Positions 56,346 to 64,000 of a DNA stretch of 64,000 bases are shown in pieces. Source of the DNA: Actinomycetota bacterium (lineage in GTDB: Bacteria; Actinomycetota; UBA4738; HRBIN12); NCBI GenBank assembly GCA_036745475.1, contig DAIOFZ010000001.1, positions 1,211-65,210 on the forward strand, given 5' to 3'. The position numbers were made by a program, and so were the translations under genes. How positions within the stretch are numbered: position 1 is the first letter of the stretch; each line of letters starts with the position of its first letter. The notes beneath the pieces were generated by a model. The model searched no databases, was not told where the DNA came from, and worked only from the letters and a program-made list of their open reading frames with translations.

Positions 56346-57466
56346 GGGTCGCCGCCCACGTCGATCAGCTGTTCTTCACCGTGCCGGGCGGCGTCGGGAC
56401 CTACATCCGGAACCTGGTGCCCGCGCTCGCAGCCCGCGATCCTTCGCTCGAGGTGACGCTGTTCCACGCGCGCTTCGCGTTCCCACGGCCCTCGGAACCG
56501 TGGATGGACGGCTTCGCGCAGGCGGAGCTGCCCGCCTCGATCCGCAGCCTGTACCCGCGGTGGAACCTCACGGCCCGACCCGCGCTCCCGGTGGCGATCG
56601 GCTCCGCCGACCTCATGCACGCGATGAGCGGCTCGGCCGTCCCCCCAAGCGCCCACGGCCAGCGCCTGGTCGTCACGGTCCACGACCTGGCATTCGACCG
56701 CTACCCGAACCTGTTCCCGAGGGCGTGGCGGATCATGTACCGGCTCGGCCTGCGCGCGGCCGTCCGGCGCGCGGACGCGATCGTGACGCCCTCGCGCGCG
56801 ACCGCCGAGGACGTCCTGTCGCGCACGAACGTCGACCCGCGCAAGCTGCACGTGGTCCCCGAGGCCGCCGCGCTGCCACCGAGCGAGGTCGACGTGGGCG
56901 AGGCCCTCGCGCGCCTGAAGGTTCGAACCCCCTACGTCCTGTTCGTCGGAACGATCGAGCCGAGGAAGAACCTGGTTCGGTTGGTCCGCGCGTACCGGCG
57001 CGTGGCCGCCGCCGGCGTGCCGCACGCGCTGGTGCTCGCCGGTCCGCTCGGCTGGCACCACGAGGGGCTGATGCGGGAGCTGGCGCTCGAGGGGCCCGGC
57101 GAGATCGTGATGACGGGCGCGCTCACGCCCGCCGAGCTCGATGCGATCTACCGGGCGGCCGATGCGTTCGTCTACCCGTCCGTGTACGAGGGATTCGGGC
57201 TGCCGGTGCTCGAGGCGATGAGCCGCGGGATCCCCGTCGTGGCCTCGACGACGTCCGCGCTTCCCGAGGTCACCGGCGACGCGGCGCTGGGTGTGAACCC
57301 GCGTTCGGTGCGTGAGATCTCCGCCGCGATCGCTTCGCTGGTCCGCGACGTCGCCCTCGCCGAACGCCTGGCGGCCGCCGGGCGGCTCCAGGCGGAGCGA
57401 TTCTCGTGGGACGAGACCGCCAGGATGACGCTCGAGGTCTACGAGCGGATCCTCGACGCGACGTGA
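56342..57466 (+). CDS. glycosyltransferase family 1 (GT4-type)
   Basis: MRVAAHVDQLFFTVPGGVGTY... opens the N-domain. The C-terminal region is YEGFGLPVLEAMSRGIPVV. ATG at 56342 overlaps the cupin stop (ATGA). Confidence 0.75.
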   Translation: MRVAAHVDQLFFTVPGGVGTYIRNLVPALAARDPSLEVTLFHARFAFPRPSEPWMDGFAQAELPASIRSLYPRWNLTARPALPVAIGSADLMHAMSGSAVPPSAHGQRLVVTVHDLAFDRYPNLFPRAWRIMYRLGLRAAVRRADAIVTPSRATAEDVLSRTNVDPRKLHVVPEAAALPPSEVDVGEALARLKVRTPYVLFVGTIEPRKNLVRLVRAYRRVAAAGVPHALVLAGPLGWHHEGLMRELALEGPGEIVMTGALTPAELDAIYRAADAFVYPSVYEGFGLPVLEAMSRGIPVVASTTSALPEVTGDAALGVNPRSVREISAAIASLVRDVALAERLAAAGRLQAERFSWDETARMTLEVYERILDAT

Positions 57467-57473
57467 GCGTGAC

Positions 57474-58337
57474 TCAACCTTCGTAATCGTAGAAGCCCCG
57501 GCCGGCCTTCCGGCCCAGGCGCCCGGCCGTGACCATCCGGCGCAGCAGCGGCGGCGGCGCGAACGTCGCCTCCTTGAACTCCTCGAACAGCACGTCCGCG
57601 ATGAACAGGTGGGTGTCGAGTCCGATCAGGTCGATCAGCTGCAGCGGGCCCATCGGGTGGTTCAGGCCGAGGTGGATCGCCGTGTCGATGTCCTCACGCG
57701 TCGCGAACCCGTCCTCGAGCATCCTGATCGCGCCGTTCAGGTACGGGATCAGCAGCGCGTTCACGATGAAGCCGGCGCGGTCGCGCGACTCGACGGTGGT
57801 CTTGCCGAGCACGACGCCGTAGGCACGTCCGAACGCCATCGTGTCGTCCGAGCTCGAGATGGCCCTGACGAGCTCGATGAGCCCCATCACGGGGACCGGG
57901 TTGAAGAAGTGCATCCCGAGCACCCTGTCGGGACGCGACGTCGCGGCGCCGAGGTCCGCGATCGGGATCGACGACGTGTTGCTCGCGAGGATCACTTCCG
58001 GCCTGGTGACCTCGTCGAGGCGACGGAACATCCCGACCTTCGTGTCGTGATCCTCGGTCGCGGCCTCGATCACGAGGTCGACGTCGGCCAGGTCGCGCAC
58101 GTCCGTCGTCATGGAGATGCGCCCGAGCACCGCCGTGCGCTCCTGGGCGTCGAGCCTCCCGCGTTCGACGGCGTTGAGCGTCGAGGTCTCGATCCGTCGA
58201 CGGCCGCGCTCGACCAGCTCGTCGCTCGTCTCGAGCACGACGGCGGTCTGCCCCGCGCGGGCCACGACCTCGGAGATCCCCGAGCCCATGAGGCCGCACC
58301 CGACGACCCCAACCGTTCGAACGTCCTCCGCGCGCAT
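57474..58337 (-). CDS. hbd: 3-hydroxybutyryl-CoA dehydrogenase (3-hydroxyacyl-CoA dehydrogenase, NAD-binding)
   Basis: The Rossmann motif is VGVVGCGLMGSGI, followed by HFFNPVPVMGLIE and a C-terminal dimerisation domain. Confidence 0.85.
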   Translation of the reverse strand: MRAEDVRTVGVVGCGLMGSGISEVVARAGQTAVVLETSDELVERGRRRIETSTLNAVERGRLDAQERTAVLGRISMTTDVRDLADVDLVIEAATEDHDTKVGMFRRLDEVTRPEVILASNTSSIPIADLGAATSRPDRVLGMHFFNPVPVMGLIELVRAISSSDDTMAFGRAYGVVLGKTTVESRDRAGFIVNALLIPYLNGAIRMLEDGFATREDIDTAIHLGLNHPMGPLQLIDLIGLDTHLFIADVLFEEFKEATFAPPPLLRRMVTAGRLGRKAGRGFYDYEG

Positions 58338-58404
58338 CCCGCCTCCGGGTAGCCTTGTCGGAGGTCAAGCGTACAATCGCGCAAACCGATCCGGAGAGCG
58401 GCGC

Positions 58405-58989
58405 GTGCGCGAAGGTCACAAGACGCAAGGGTTCCCGGTGTTCGGCATTGCCGTGGCCAGCCTCGTGCTGGGGCATTTCGTCACATACGCGGTCGTCTAC
58501 CCCGATCCGCATCGGCGCGGGCTCGAACTGGCGGCCTCGGGCCATGGCTACCTCTCGGCCCTCGCCCACCTCGCCTGCATCCTCGCGGCGGTGGCGGCCG
58601 CCACGATCGTCGCGCGGGCGTGGGGAAGCTCCCAGCGGCCGACGCCATCATTCGTCGGACTGGCCTGTGCCCTCGCGGTCACGCAGGCGGGTGCGTTCGT
58701 GGGACAGGAGATCCTCGAGCGGGTCCTCAGCGGTTCCCTGCTCCACGACCTAGTCTCCGGCCCGCTCCTGGTGTTCGGCGTGGGTGCGCAGGTCGTGCTC
58801 GCGGTCTTGGGAGCGGCGATCGCCACGTGGCTCCGCCGCACCACCGAGTGCTTCGCTGAATCCGCCCCGGCCGCGCGTGCCAGGCCGTGGCGACCGCAGG
58901 CGACGCTCCCTCTGGTCGCCGTCGATGGCGGCTTCGCTGCTTCCGACTTCGTCGCGTTTCGGCCCGGACGGTCCCCTCCGTCAGTCTGA
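58405..58989 (+). CDS. hypothetical 4-TM membrane protein
   Basis: The GTG start has a GGAGAG SD 6 nt upstream. Four hydrophobic helices are present (FPVFGIAVASLVLGHFV..., LSALAHLACILAAVAAATIV, FVGLACALAVTQAGAFV, LLVFGVGAQVVLAVLGAAIATWL). The track ORF 58111..58989 has a non-coding-looking leader. Confidence 0.45.
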   Translation: MREGHKTQGFPVFGIAVASLVLGHFVTYAVVYPDPHRRGLELAASGHGYLSALAHLACILAAVAAATIVARAWGSSQRPTPSFVGLACALAVTQAGAFVGQEILERVLSGSLLHDLVSGPLLVFGVGAQVVLAVLGAAIATWLRRTTECFAESAPAARARPWRPQATLPLVAVDGGFAASDFVAFRPGRSPPSV

Positions 58990-59028
58990 TCGCCTTGCTC
59001 GGATCGACCAACATCGCGAGAGATCTGC

Positions 59029-59895
59029 ATGGAGGAACCGAAGATGGAATCGGTACAGGACTCTCCTCGGTCGCGCTTGGCGTGGCCGATCCCCGCCGTG
59101 TACTCGGCGCTGGCCGTCACGTCGCTCGCGGCGGCGGGCGTCCACTTCGCCGTCATGGGCGAGCACTTCCGAGAGTACGCCGCATTCGGCGTGTTCTTCT
59201 CGCTCGTGGCGTGGTTCCAGTCGCTCTGGGCGCTCGGCGTCGTGGTATCGCCCACTCGACCGTTGCTCGCGGTTGGCCTCGTCGTGAACGCCGCGGTCGT
59301 GGCGATCTGGATCGTCTCGCGGACGGCGGGCCTGCCGATCGGGCCCGAGCCCGGGACCGCAGAACCGGCGGCCTTCCTCGATGTGCTTTCCACCATCCTC
59401 GAGATCGGGATCGTGGTCGTGACCGCTGCCCTGCTGGTCCGAGGCAGATCGACGCAGTCACAGGCCGGCACGAGGAACGGCCTCCTGGCCGTTGGCGGCC
59501 TCGCGTTCATCCTGGTGTTGCTCACGACCGTGGCGGTCGGTTCGGAAGGTGAGGATCACGCAGAGCACACGCAGAAGGCGAACGGACCGGGGATCACCCA
59601 CGCGGATCTCGGTCAGGGCCGGCAGCTCCAAACGCTCGTCGACAGCTCGTCGGGCGCTACGCAGGTGCACTTCACGTTCTTCGACGCGGGCGGTGATGCA
59701 CTGGCCGTCAAGTCGGTCGAGGTCACCGGCGTCTCGCAAGACGGTGAGCAGGTGGCCATCCCCGTGGAGCGGTTCGAGCCAGGCCACTGGGCGGCGACCG
59801 TGGACCTCGAGTCCGGCGAATGGGAGTTCGAGGTGCTCGGTCGGACGGCGGGCGGCGAGGAGATCACGGCCAGCGTCGACGCGAGCGTCCCGTGA
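59029..59895 (+). CDS. membrane protein (4 TM) with C-terminal FixH/YtkA-like extracytoplasmic domain
   Basis: TM helices are followed by QVHFTFFDAGGDALAVKSVEVTGV...FEPGHWAATVDLESGEWEFEVLG, which resembles the FixH/YtkA transthyretin-like metal-handling domain. Confidence 0.55.
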   Translation: MEEPKMESVQDSPRSRLAWPIPAVYSALAVTSLAAAGVHFAVMGEHFREYAAFGVFFSLVAWFQSLWALGVVVSPTRPLLAVGLVVNAAVVAIWIVSRTAGLPIGPEPGTAEPAAFLDVLSTILEIGIVVVTAALLVRGRSTQSQAGTRNGLLAVGGLAFILVLLTTVAVGSEGEDHAEHTQKANGPGITHADLGQGRQLQTLVDSSSGATQVHFTFFDAGGDALAVKSVEVTGVSQDGEQVAIPVERFEPGHWAATVDLESGEWEFEVLGRTAGGEEITASVDASVP

Positions 59896-59938
59896 GGCCG
59901 CAGGCGACCGCCGCTCGTTTTCCCTCGGAGCCGTGACG

Positions 59939-60481
59939 ATGCTCGCGCACGGTGGAGGCGCGCCCGAGTCCGTTTCAACGGCGCTCGTCGGCGCCGGGGT
60001 CGTCCTGGCCTGGATCGGGCTGAGCCGGATCCGGGACCGGGGGTTCCCGCGCCTGCCGAGGTCGGGTGGGATCGCGATGCTTGCAGTGGCGCCATTGGTA
60101 CTTCTCGGTTCCGTGGTCGTCCCGTCGCTCCTATGGCCGATGCCGACGGGGCCGCGGCCCTCCTCGAGCGCCACGATCACGTTCGCCGAGCCCGCGCCCG
60201 AGCAGGTCGTCACCGGGCAGGCCCTCGACGTGAAGGTTCGGGTGAGGAACGGCACGCTCGTCGATGCGACATCGGCGGACCTCAAACCCGACACCGGTCA
60301 CATCCACGTCTTCCTGGACGGCATCCTCTTGTCGATGACGTCGGGGGAGGAGCATGAGATCGACGTCACCGATCTCGCGCCGGGTGTTCACCGTTTGCAG
60401 GCCGAGTTCGTCGCCGCCGACCACGCCCCGTTCGACCCCCGCGTGGTGGCGGCGGTGACGTTCGTGAAGGAGGCACCGTGA
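59939..60481 (+). CDS. membrane-anchored protein with conserved His-rich extracytoplasmic domain (paralog of 60478..60906)
   Basis: There are two TM helices. The domain is TGHIHVFLDGILLSMTSGEEHEIDVTDLAPGVHRLQAEFVAADHAPFDPRVVAAVTFV. The start is ATG 59939 (GGAG 8 nt upstream) or GTG 59933. Confidence 0.5.
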   Translation: MLAHGGGAPESVSTALVGAGVVLAWIGLSRIRDRGFPRLPRSGGIAMLAVAPLVLLGSVVVPSLLWPMPTGPRPSSSATITFAEPAPEQVVTGQALDVKVRVRNGTLVDATSADLKPDTGHIHVFLDGILLSMTSGEEHEIDVTDLAPGVHRLQAEFVAADHAPFDPRVVAAVTFVKEAP

Positions 60482-60906
60482 GGCTTCAACGCAGCGTGAT
60501 CTTCGCGAGCATCGTCGTCGCCGGACTGGTCCTGGCCGCGTGCGGCGGTGACGATGATGCGACGAGCCCAACCGGCTCGACGGGTCAACGACCAACCAGC
60601 ACCGGCAAGCTCTCGATCACCGAACCGAGGGTTGGCGAGGTCGTGAACGGCTCGACCGTGAATCTCCGCGTCAAGCTCAAGGATGCGAAGCTCGTGCCGG
60701 TGACGACCACAGACATCGTTCCGAACGAGGGACACCTGCACGTGATCCTGGATGACCGGCTCATCTCTATGACGAAAGGCCTCGAGCAGGCCATCCCCGA
60801 TGTCTCGCCTGGGCCGCACCGGATCCAGGTCGAGTTCGTCGCGAGCGACCACGCGCCGTTCGAGCCGCGCGTCGTCGCCATCGTCCAGTTCGAGGTGAAA
60901 CCGTGA
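60478..60906 (+). CDS. lipoprotein with conserved His-rich domain (paralog of 59939..60481)
   Basis: The lipobox is LVLAACGG. The domain is EGHLHVILDDRLISMTKGLEQAIPDVSPGPHRIQVEFVASDHAPFEPRVVAIVQFEV. Its start overlaps the upstream stop. Confidence 0.55.
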   Translation: MRLQRSVIFASIVVAGLVLAACGGDDDATSPTGSTGQRPTSTGKLSITEPRVGEVVNGSTVNLRVKLKDAKLVPVTTTDIVPNEGHLHVILDDRLISMTKGLEQAIPDVSPGPHRIQVEFVASDHAPFEPRVVAIVQFEVKP

Positions 60907-61481
60907 GCGCCCGGGCGGCCCTCCTCGATCGGCAAGCCTCGGATCGCGACGCGGTCGCCGCGACGGTGGTGGTCCTGGTCGGATCGGTCTTGCTCGCGTT
61001 ACGACCCCTGTCGGAGGTAACGCCGCACACCCGCGTCCTCCTGTCGGGCGCCACCTACCTGGCGATCGGTCTCGCCTCGATCGCCGTCCCGCTCGATCGA
61101 GCCAGTCGGCACCTGTCGCCCGCAATCGGGCTCGGGTTCGGTGTCGCGGCCGTGGTGGGAGCCGCATGGGTAGCCGGCCCCACGGTGCCATCGCCGTGGG
61201 GCGCGGCGGCGCTGCCGCTGTCCCTCCTCGCGGCGGTGGCCGAGGAGGCGTTGTTCCGCCGCCTCGCGTATGCGCGGCTCGAACGGTTCGGGGTCGCCGT
61301 CGCCGTCGTGGGCTCCGCGTTCCTGTTCGGCCTCGTGCATCTCCCCGCTTACGGGTGGGCCGCCCTGCCCGTCGACGTCGGTGCGGGGCTGCTGTTCGGG
61401 TGGCAGCGGTGGGCTTCGGGCACTTGGACGGTCCCCGCCGCGACCCACGCGTTCGCGAACGCGATGGTGGTGCTCCGATGA
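60903..61481 (+). CDS. CPBP-family (CAAX protease-like) intramembrane metalloprotease
   Basis: The motifs are EEALFRRLAY (EExxxR), FGLVHL and THAFANAMV. GTG overlaps the upstream stop (GTGA). Confidence 0.65.
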   Translation: MSARAALLDRQASDRDAVAATVVVLVGSVLLALRPLSEVTPHTRVLLSGATYLAIGLASIAVPLDRASRHLSPAIGLGFGVAAVVGAAWVAGPTVPSPWGAAALPLSLLAAVAEEALFRRLAYARLERFGVAVAVVGSAFLFGLVHLPAYGWAALPVDVGAGLLFGWQRWASGTWTVPAATHAFANAMVVLR

Positions 61482-62725
61482 GGCGGCCGGCGGTGATCGT
61501 GCTCGCGCTCGCGATGGTCGCCGGCGTCTCATGCACGACCACCTCGCCCGAGCCGATCAGGATCGGTGCGGTGTACCCGCTCTCGGGCGCCCAGGGCCCC
61601 GGGGGCGTCGACGAGTTCCAGGGTGTGCGGCTTGCCGTCCAGCTCGTGAACGCCGACGGTGGGGTGGGCGGCCGCCCGATCGAGCTCGTCCCCGTCGACA
61701 CCCCGGGCGCGGACGCCGCGCCGGGCGCGATCGCCCATCTCCACGACGACGGGGTCCGCGTGGTGTTCGGGAGCTACGGGAGCACGATCTCGCAGCCGGC
61801 AGCCGAAGCGTCCGCGCGCCGGGGCATGCTGTTCTGGGAGACGGGCGCGGTGGGTGAGATGACCGGCCGCGGCGCCGGCGAGCTCGTGTTCCGGGTCGCG
61901 CCCTCGGGCGCGATCCTTGGCCGCAACGCGATCGGCTTCGTCGCGGACGACTACGCGCCCGTGCTCGGCGTCGACCCATCGAAGCTCGCGTACGCGGTCA
62001 CGCTCGTGGACGACGCGTACGGACGCGCGGTGGCGCAGGGCGCGCTCGACGAGCTCGCTTCGCGCGACCTCCACCTGGTCGGGAGGTTCGGCTACGACCC
62101 GCGGGACGTGAACATGCACGCATTCGTCCGCGACCTGGCGGCGAGCCGGCCGGACGTCGTGTTCGTCTCCGCCTACCTGCACGACGCGATCGCGATGCGG
62201 CGCGAGATGGTGCGGCAGGGCCTCGACGTGCTCGTGGGGATCGGGACGTCCTCGAGCTACTGCATGCCGGCGTTCGGCTCCACACTCGGAAAGGACGCGG
62301 TCGGGCTGTTCGCCTCGGACAAGCCCGCGTCCGGCGCGCTGAACGTCCAGGGTCTCACGCCCCACGGCCGGGCCCTGTTCGAACGGGCACGGGCCGCCTA
62401 CACCCGACGCTTCGGCGGCGAGATGACCGCCGCGGCGCTCGCTGGCTTCTCGGGCGCCTGGGCGCTGCTGCACGACGTGCTCCCGACCGCCGCGCGGCCG
62501 ACACCCCCGGCGATTGCGATTGCCGCGAACGGGGTCGACCTGCCGCAGGGCTCGCTGCCGAACGGCAGCGGGCTGCGGTTCGGCGAGCCCGGGACGGTGA
62601 CCGCCGGCGCGAACGTGCTCGCTAGCAGTGTGGTGTGGCAGTGGCAGGGACCGGGCGAGTACGCCGTGGTCTGGCCGCCGCGCTACGCAACGAGCCCGAT
62701 CGAGCCGCTCGACCCGCTGCCGTGA
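61478..62725 (+). CDS. ABC transporter substrate-binding lipoprotein (LivK / branched-chain amino acid binding family)
   Basis: The signal plus lipobox is LALAMVAGVSCTT. The periplasmic-binding fold pattern is IRIGAVYPLSGAQ...VRVVFGSYGSTIS. ATG overlaps the CPBP stop (ATGA). Confidence 0.75.
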   Translation: MRRPAVIVLALAMVAGVSCTTTSPEPIRIGAVYPLSGAQGPGGVDEFQGVRLAVQLVNADGGVGGRPIELVPVDTPGADAAPGAIAHLHDDGVRVVFGSYGSTISQPAAEASARRGMLFWETGAVGEMTGRGAGELVFRVAPSGAILGRNAIGFVADDYAPVLGVDPSKLAYAVTLVDDAYGRAVAQGALDELASRDLHLVGRFGYDPRDVNMHAFVRDLAASRPDVVFVSAYLHDAIAMRREMVRQGLDVLVGIGTSSSYCMPAFGSTLGKDAVGLFASDKPASGALNVQGLTPHGRALFERARAAYTRRFGGEMTAAALAGFSGAWALLHDVLPTAARPTPPAIAIAANGVDLPQGSLPNGSGLRFGEPGTVTAGANVLASSVVWQWQGPGEYAVVWPPRYATSPIEPLDPLP

Positions 62726-63510
62726 GCGTCCGTTCGCGCGCGCTGGGCGCCGGCCTCTCGATCGGCCTGATCTACGCCGCGACCGCGCTGTTGTCCGGAC
62801 ACCTCAGCCCGCTCGCGAGGCGTCCCCTCCTGGACGGGCTCGCCCCGCCGACGGCCTATCGGTGGGTGAAACCCCCTCCCGAGCTGGCGGCCGCCAACCA
62901 GGAGCCCACCGCCGGGACCTTCACGGTGAAGCTAGGGAACGACGGGAGCAAGACGGCGGTCTTCACCACGGACGACGCGCAGGTCACGCTGATCTTGCCC
63001 GAGGGGTCCTTCGTGGACGCCGAGGGACAGCGCACCGTCGAGGTCACGGTCGAACCCCTGGCCGGCGCGACCGCTCATCCGGACGACCCGCTGCGCGTCG
63101 TAGGCAACGTCTACCTGGTCGAGGCGACCTATCAGCCCTCGGGCGATGTCGCGAAGCTCGCGATCCGTTCGACCGTGGTCCTGGTGTACCCCCTGCTCGC
63201 GAACGACCACGGCAGCCACTCGATCATCTGGTCGAGGTCCGGCGAACGCTGGGACGCCCTCGAGACCGACGACCTGCCGAGCATCCAGCAGGCCGGCGCG
63301 GACATCGACGAACTCGGCTACCTCTCGGTCGCCGGACAGCCGGCCTCGCCGACCGCCGGCGCCGAGCCCTCCGGAGGTGGCTCATCCGCTACCACGATCG
63401 CGATCGTCGCCGGGTTGATCGTCCTCGCCGTCATCGCGGTAGTGGTGTTGCGGCGAAGTTCGCGATCGGCATCTCGTGACGCCAACGAACGGCGTCGGCG
63501 GCGACGCTAG
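62722..63510 (+). CDS. hypothetical exported protein with C-terminal TM anchor and basic tail
   Basis: The N-terminal hydrophobic segment is LGAGLSIGLIYAATALL. The C-terminal TM helix is IAIVAGLIVLAVIAVVVL, followed by RRRRR. GTG overlaps the upstream stop (GTGA). Confidence 0.45.
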   Translation: MSVRSRALGAGLSIGLIYAATALLSGHLSPLARRPLLDGLAPPTAYRWVKPPPELAAANQEPTAGTFTVKLGNDGSKTAVFTTDDAQVTLILPEGSFVDAEGQRTVEVTVEPLAGATAHPDDPLRVVGNVYLVEATYQPSGDVAKLAIRSTVVLVYPLLANDHGSHSIIWSRSGERWDALETDDLPSIQQAGADIDELGYLSVAGQPASPTAGAEPSGGGSSATTIAIVAGLIVLAVIAVVVLRRSSRSASRDANERRRRRR

Positions 63511-64000
63511 CACACCTGGGCGAGGAGAGGAAACGGGTTGACGGCGTCGCCGATCACCGAAGAGCCGTACGGGCTCACCAGCCAGTTCGACGGGATCGAG
63601 TTCGGATGCCATTCGAAATGAAGGTGCGGCGTGGAGGTATCGCCGGTCGCTCCGACGTACCCGATCACGTCGCCCGCCGAGACTTGTCCCGTCAGCCCCG
63701 GTTGCATCATGTGGGCGTTGTAGGTGTACCCGAGGTCCCCGGACACGCTGACCGCGTTGCCGCCCAGCGTGTTGTAGCCGGCTTGGGCGTACCCGTCGAA
63801 GGTGGCATAGATCGGCGTCCCCTGCGGTGCGATGAGGTCGTTGCCGGCATGTGGGTGGTAGCCGCCGCCGTACCGCGGCGCGCCGAACCCGTCGTAGAGC
63901 GCGTGGGGCTGACCGACGGGGCAGAGCTTGAAGATCGTGCCCGCATGGAAATCGAGACCGGTGAGCAAGGCGAGCTCCTGCTGGTACTGCTTCTCGAGCT
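63507..64000 (-). CDS. M23-family peptidase, C-terminal part (gene continues past the window end)
   Basis: The M23 motifs are HAGNDLIAPQGTPIYA ... GDTSTPHLHFEWH. The reading frame is open to position 64000. Confidence 0.6.
   Translation of the reverse strand, partial: LEKQYQQELALLTGLDFHAGTIFKLCPVGQPHALYDGFGAPRYGGGYHPHAGNDLIAPQGTPIYATFDGYAQAGYNTLGGNAVSVSGDLGYTYNAHMMQPGLTGQVSAGDVIGYVGATGDTSTPHLHFEWHPNSIPSNWLVSPYGSSVIGDAVNPFPLLAQVC

Noticed and set aside
58355-58753. 132-aa ORF (MSEVKRTIAQTDPESG...) as the gene in this interval
   Set aside because: The translation is Arg/Ser/Pro-rich with no hydrophobic core. The overlapping frame starting at GTG 58405 gives a clean 4-TM membrane protein preceded by a GGAGAG SD.

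Overview
This is a high-GC (about 70%+) actinobacterial-type chromosomal window, densely coding on both strands. Read from the six-frame track, motif inspection and gene context, it contains: (i) the F420 cofactor biosynthesis genes cofD/fbiA (3' part) and fbiB, plus a purine permease. (ii) A tandem trio of membrane-anchored proteins with K/R-rich tails, two of them DUF3105. (iii) A roughly 14 kb cell-wall glycopolymer locus. It holds GDP-mannose pyrophosphorylase, an ArnE/F-like small flippase-type protein, a Wzm/Wzt ABC exporter whose Wzt carries a C-terminal carbohydrate-binding domain, five GT4 glycosyltransferases, a TagA/WecB GT26, an LCP ligase, a methyltransferase, a PLC-like phosphoesterase, a sulfotransferase-like ORF, and SpoIID. 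(iv) An Acs-like acyl-CoA synthetase, a response regulator with a degenerate GGDEF domain, and an operon of atypical receiver, cupredoxin-multicopper oxidase, CBS protein and FNT channel. (v) Aconitase and a thioesterase. (vi) A roughly 1020-aa membrane protein made of a sensor domain, a giant coiled coil and a degenerate, His-less histidine-kinase module. (vii) A translationally coupled four-gene operon nurA-herA-sbcD-sbcC, in the archaeal-style HerA/NurA/Mre11/Rad50 arrangement. (viii) An ethylmalonyl-CoA/butyryl-CoA metabolism neighbourhood (ccr, mce, pccB, accE, hbd, thiolase, acyl-CoA dehydrogenase, LLM oxidoreductase). Interleaved with it are a Cas4-like 4Cys PD-(D/E)XK nuclease, an ArsR/DUF2087 regulator, an FtsH-like AAA-metalloprotease lacking a periplasmic domain, an XRE regulator, NUDIX and DinB. 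(ix) A putative metal-handling envelope cluster (FixH/YtkA-like membrane protein, two paralogous His-rich exported domains, CPBP protease) and a LivK-type substrate-binding protein. No rRNA, tRNA, CRISPR or transposase genes were recognised by eye. Many adjacent genes overlap as GTGA/ATGA start-stop pairs. Most very long ORFs in the track are antisense or out-of-frame shadow ORFs typical of high-GC DNA, and several real genes begin well inside their longest ORF.
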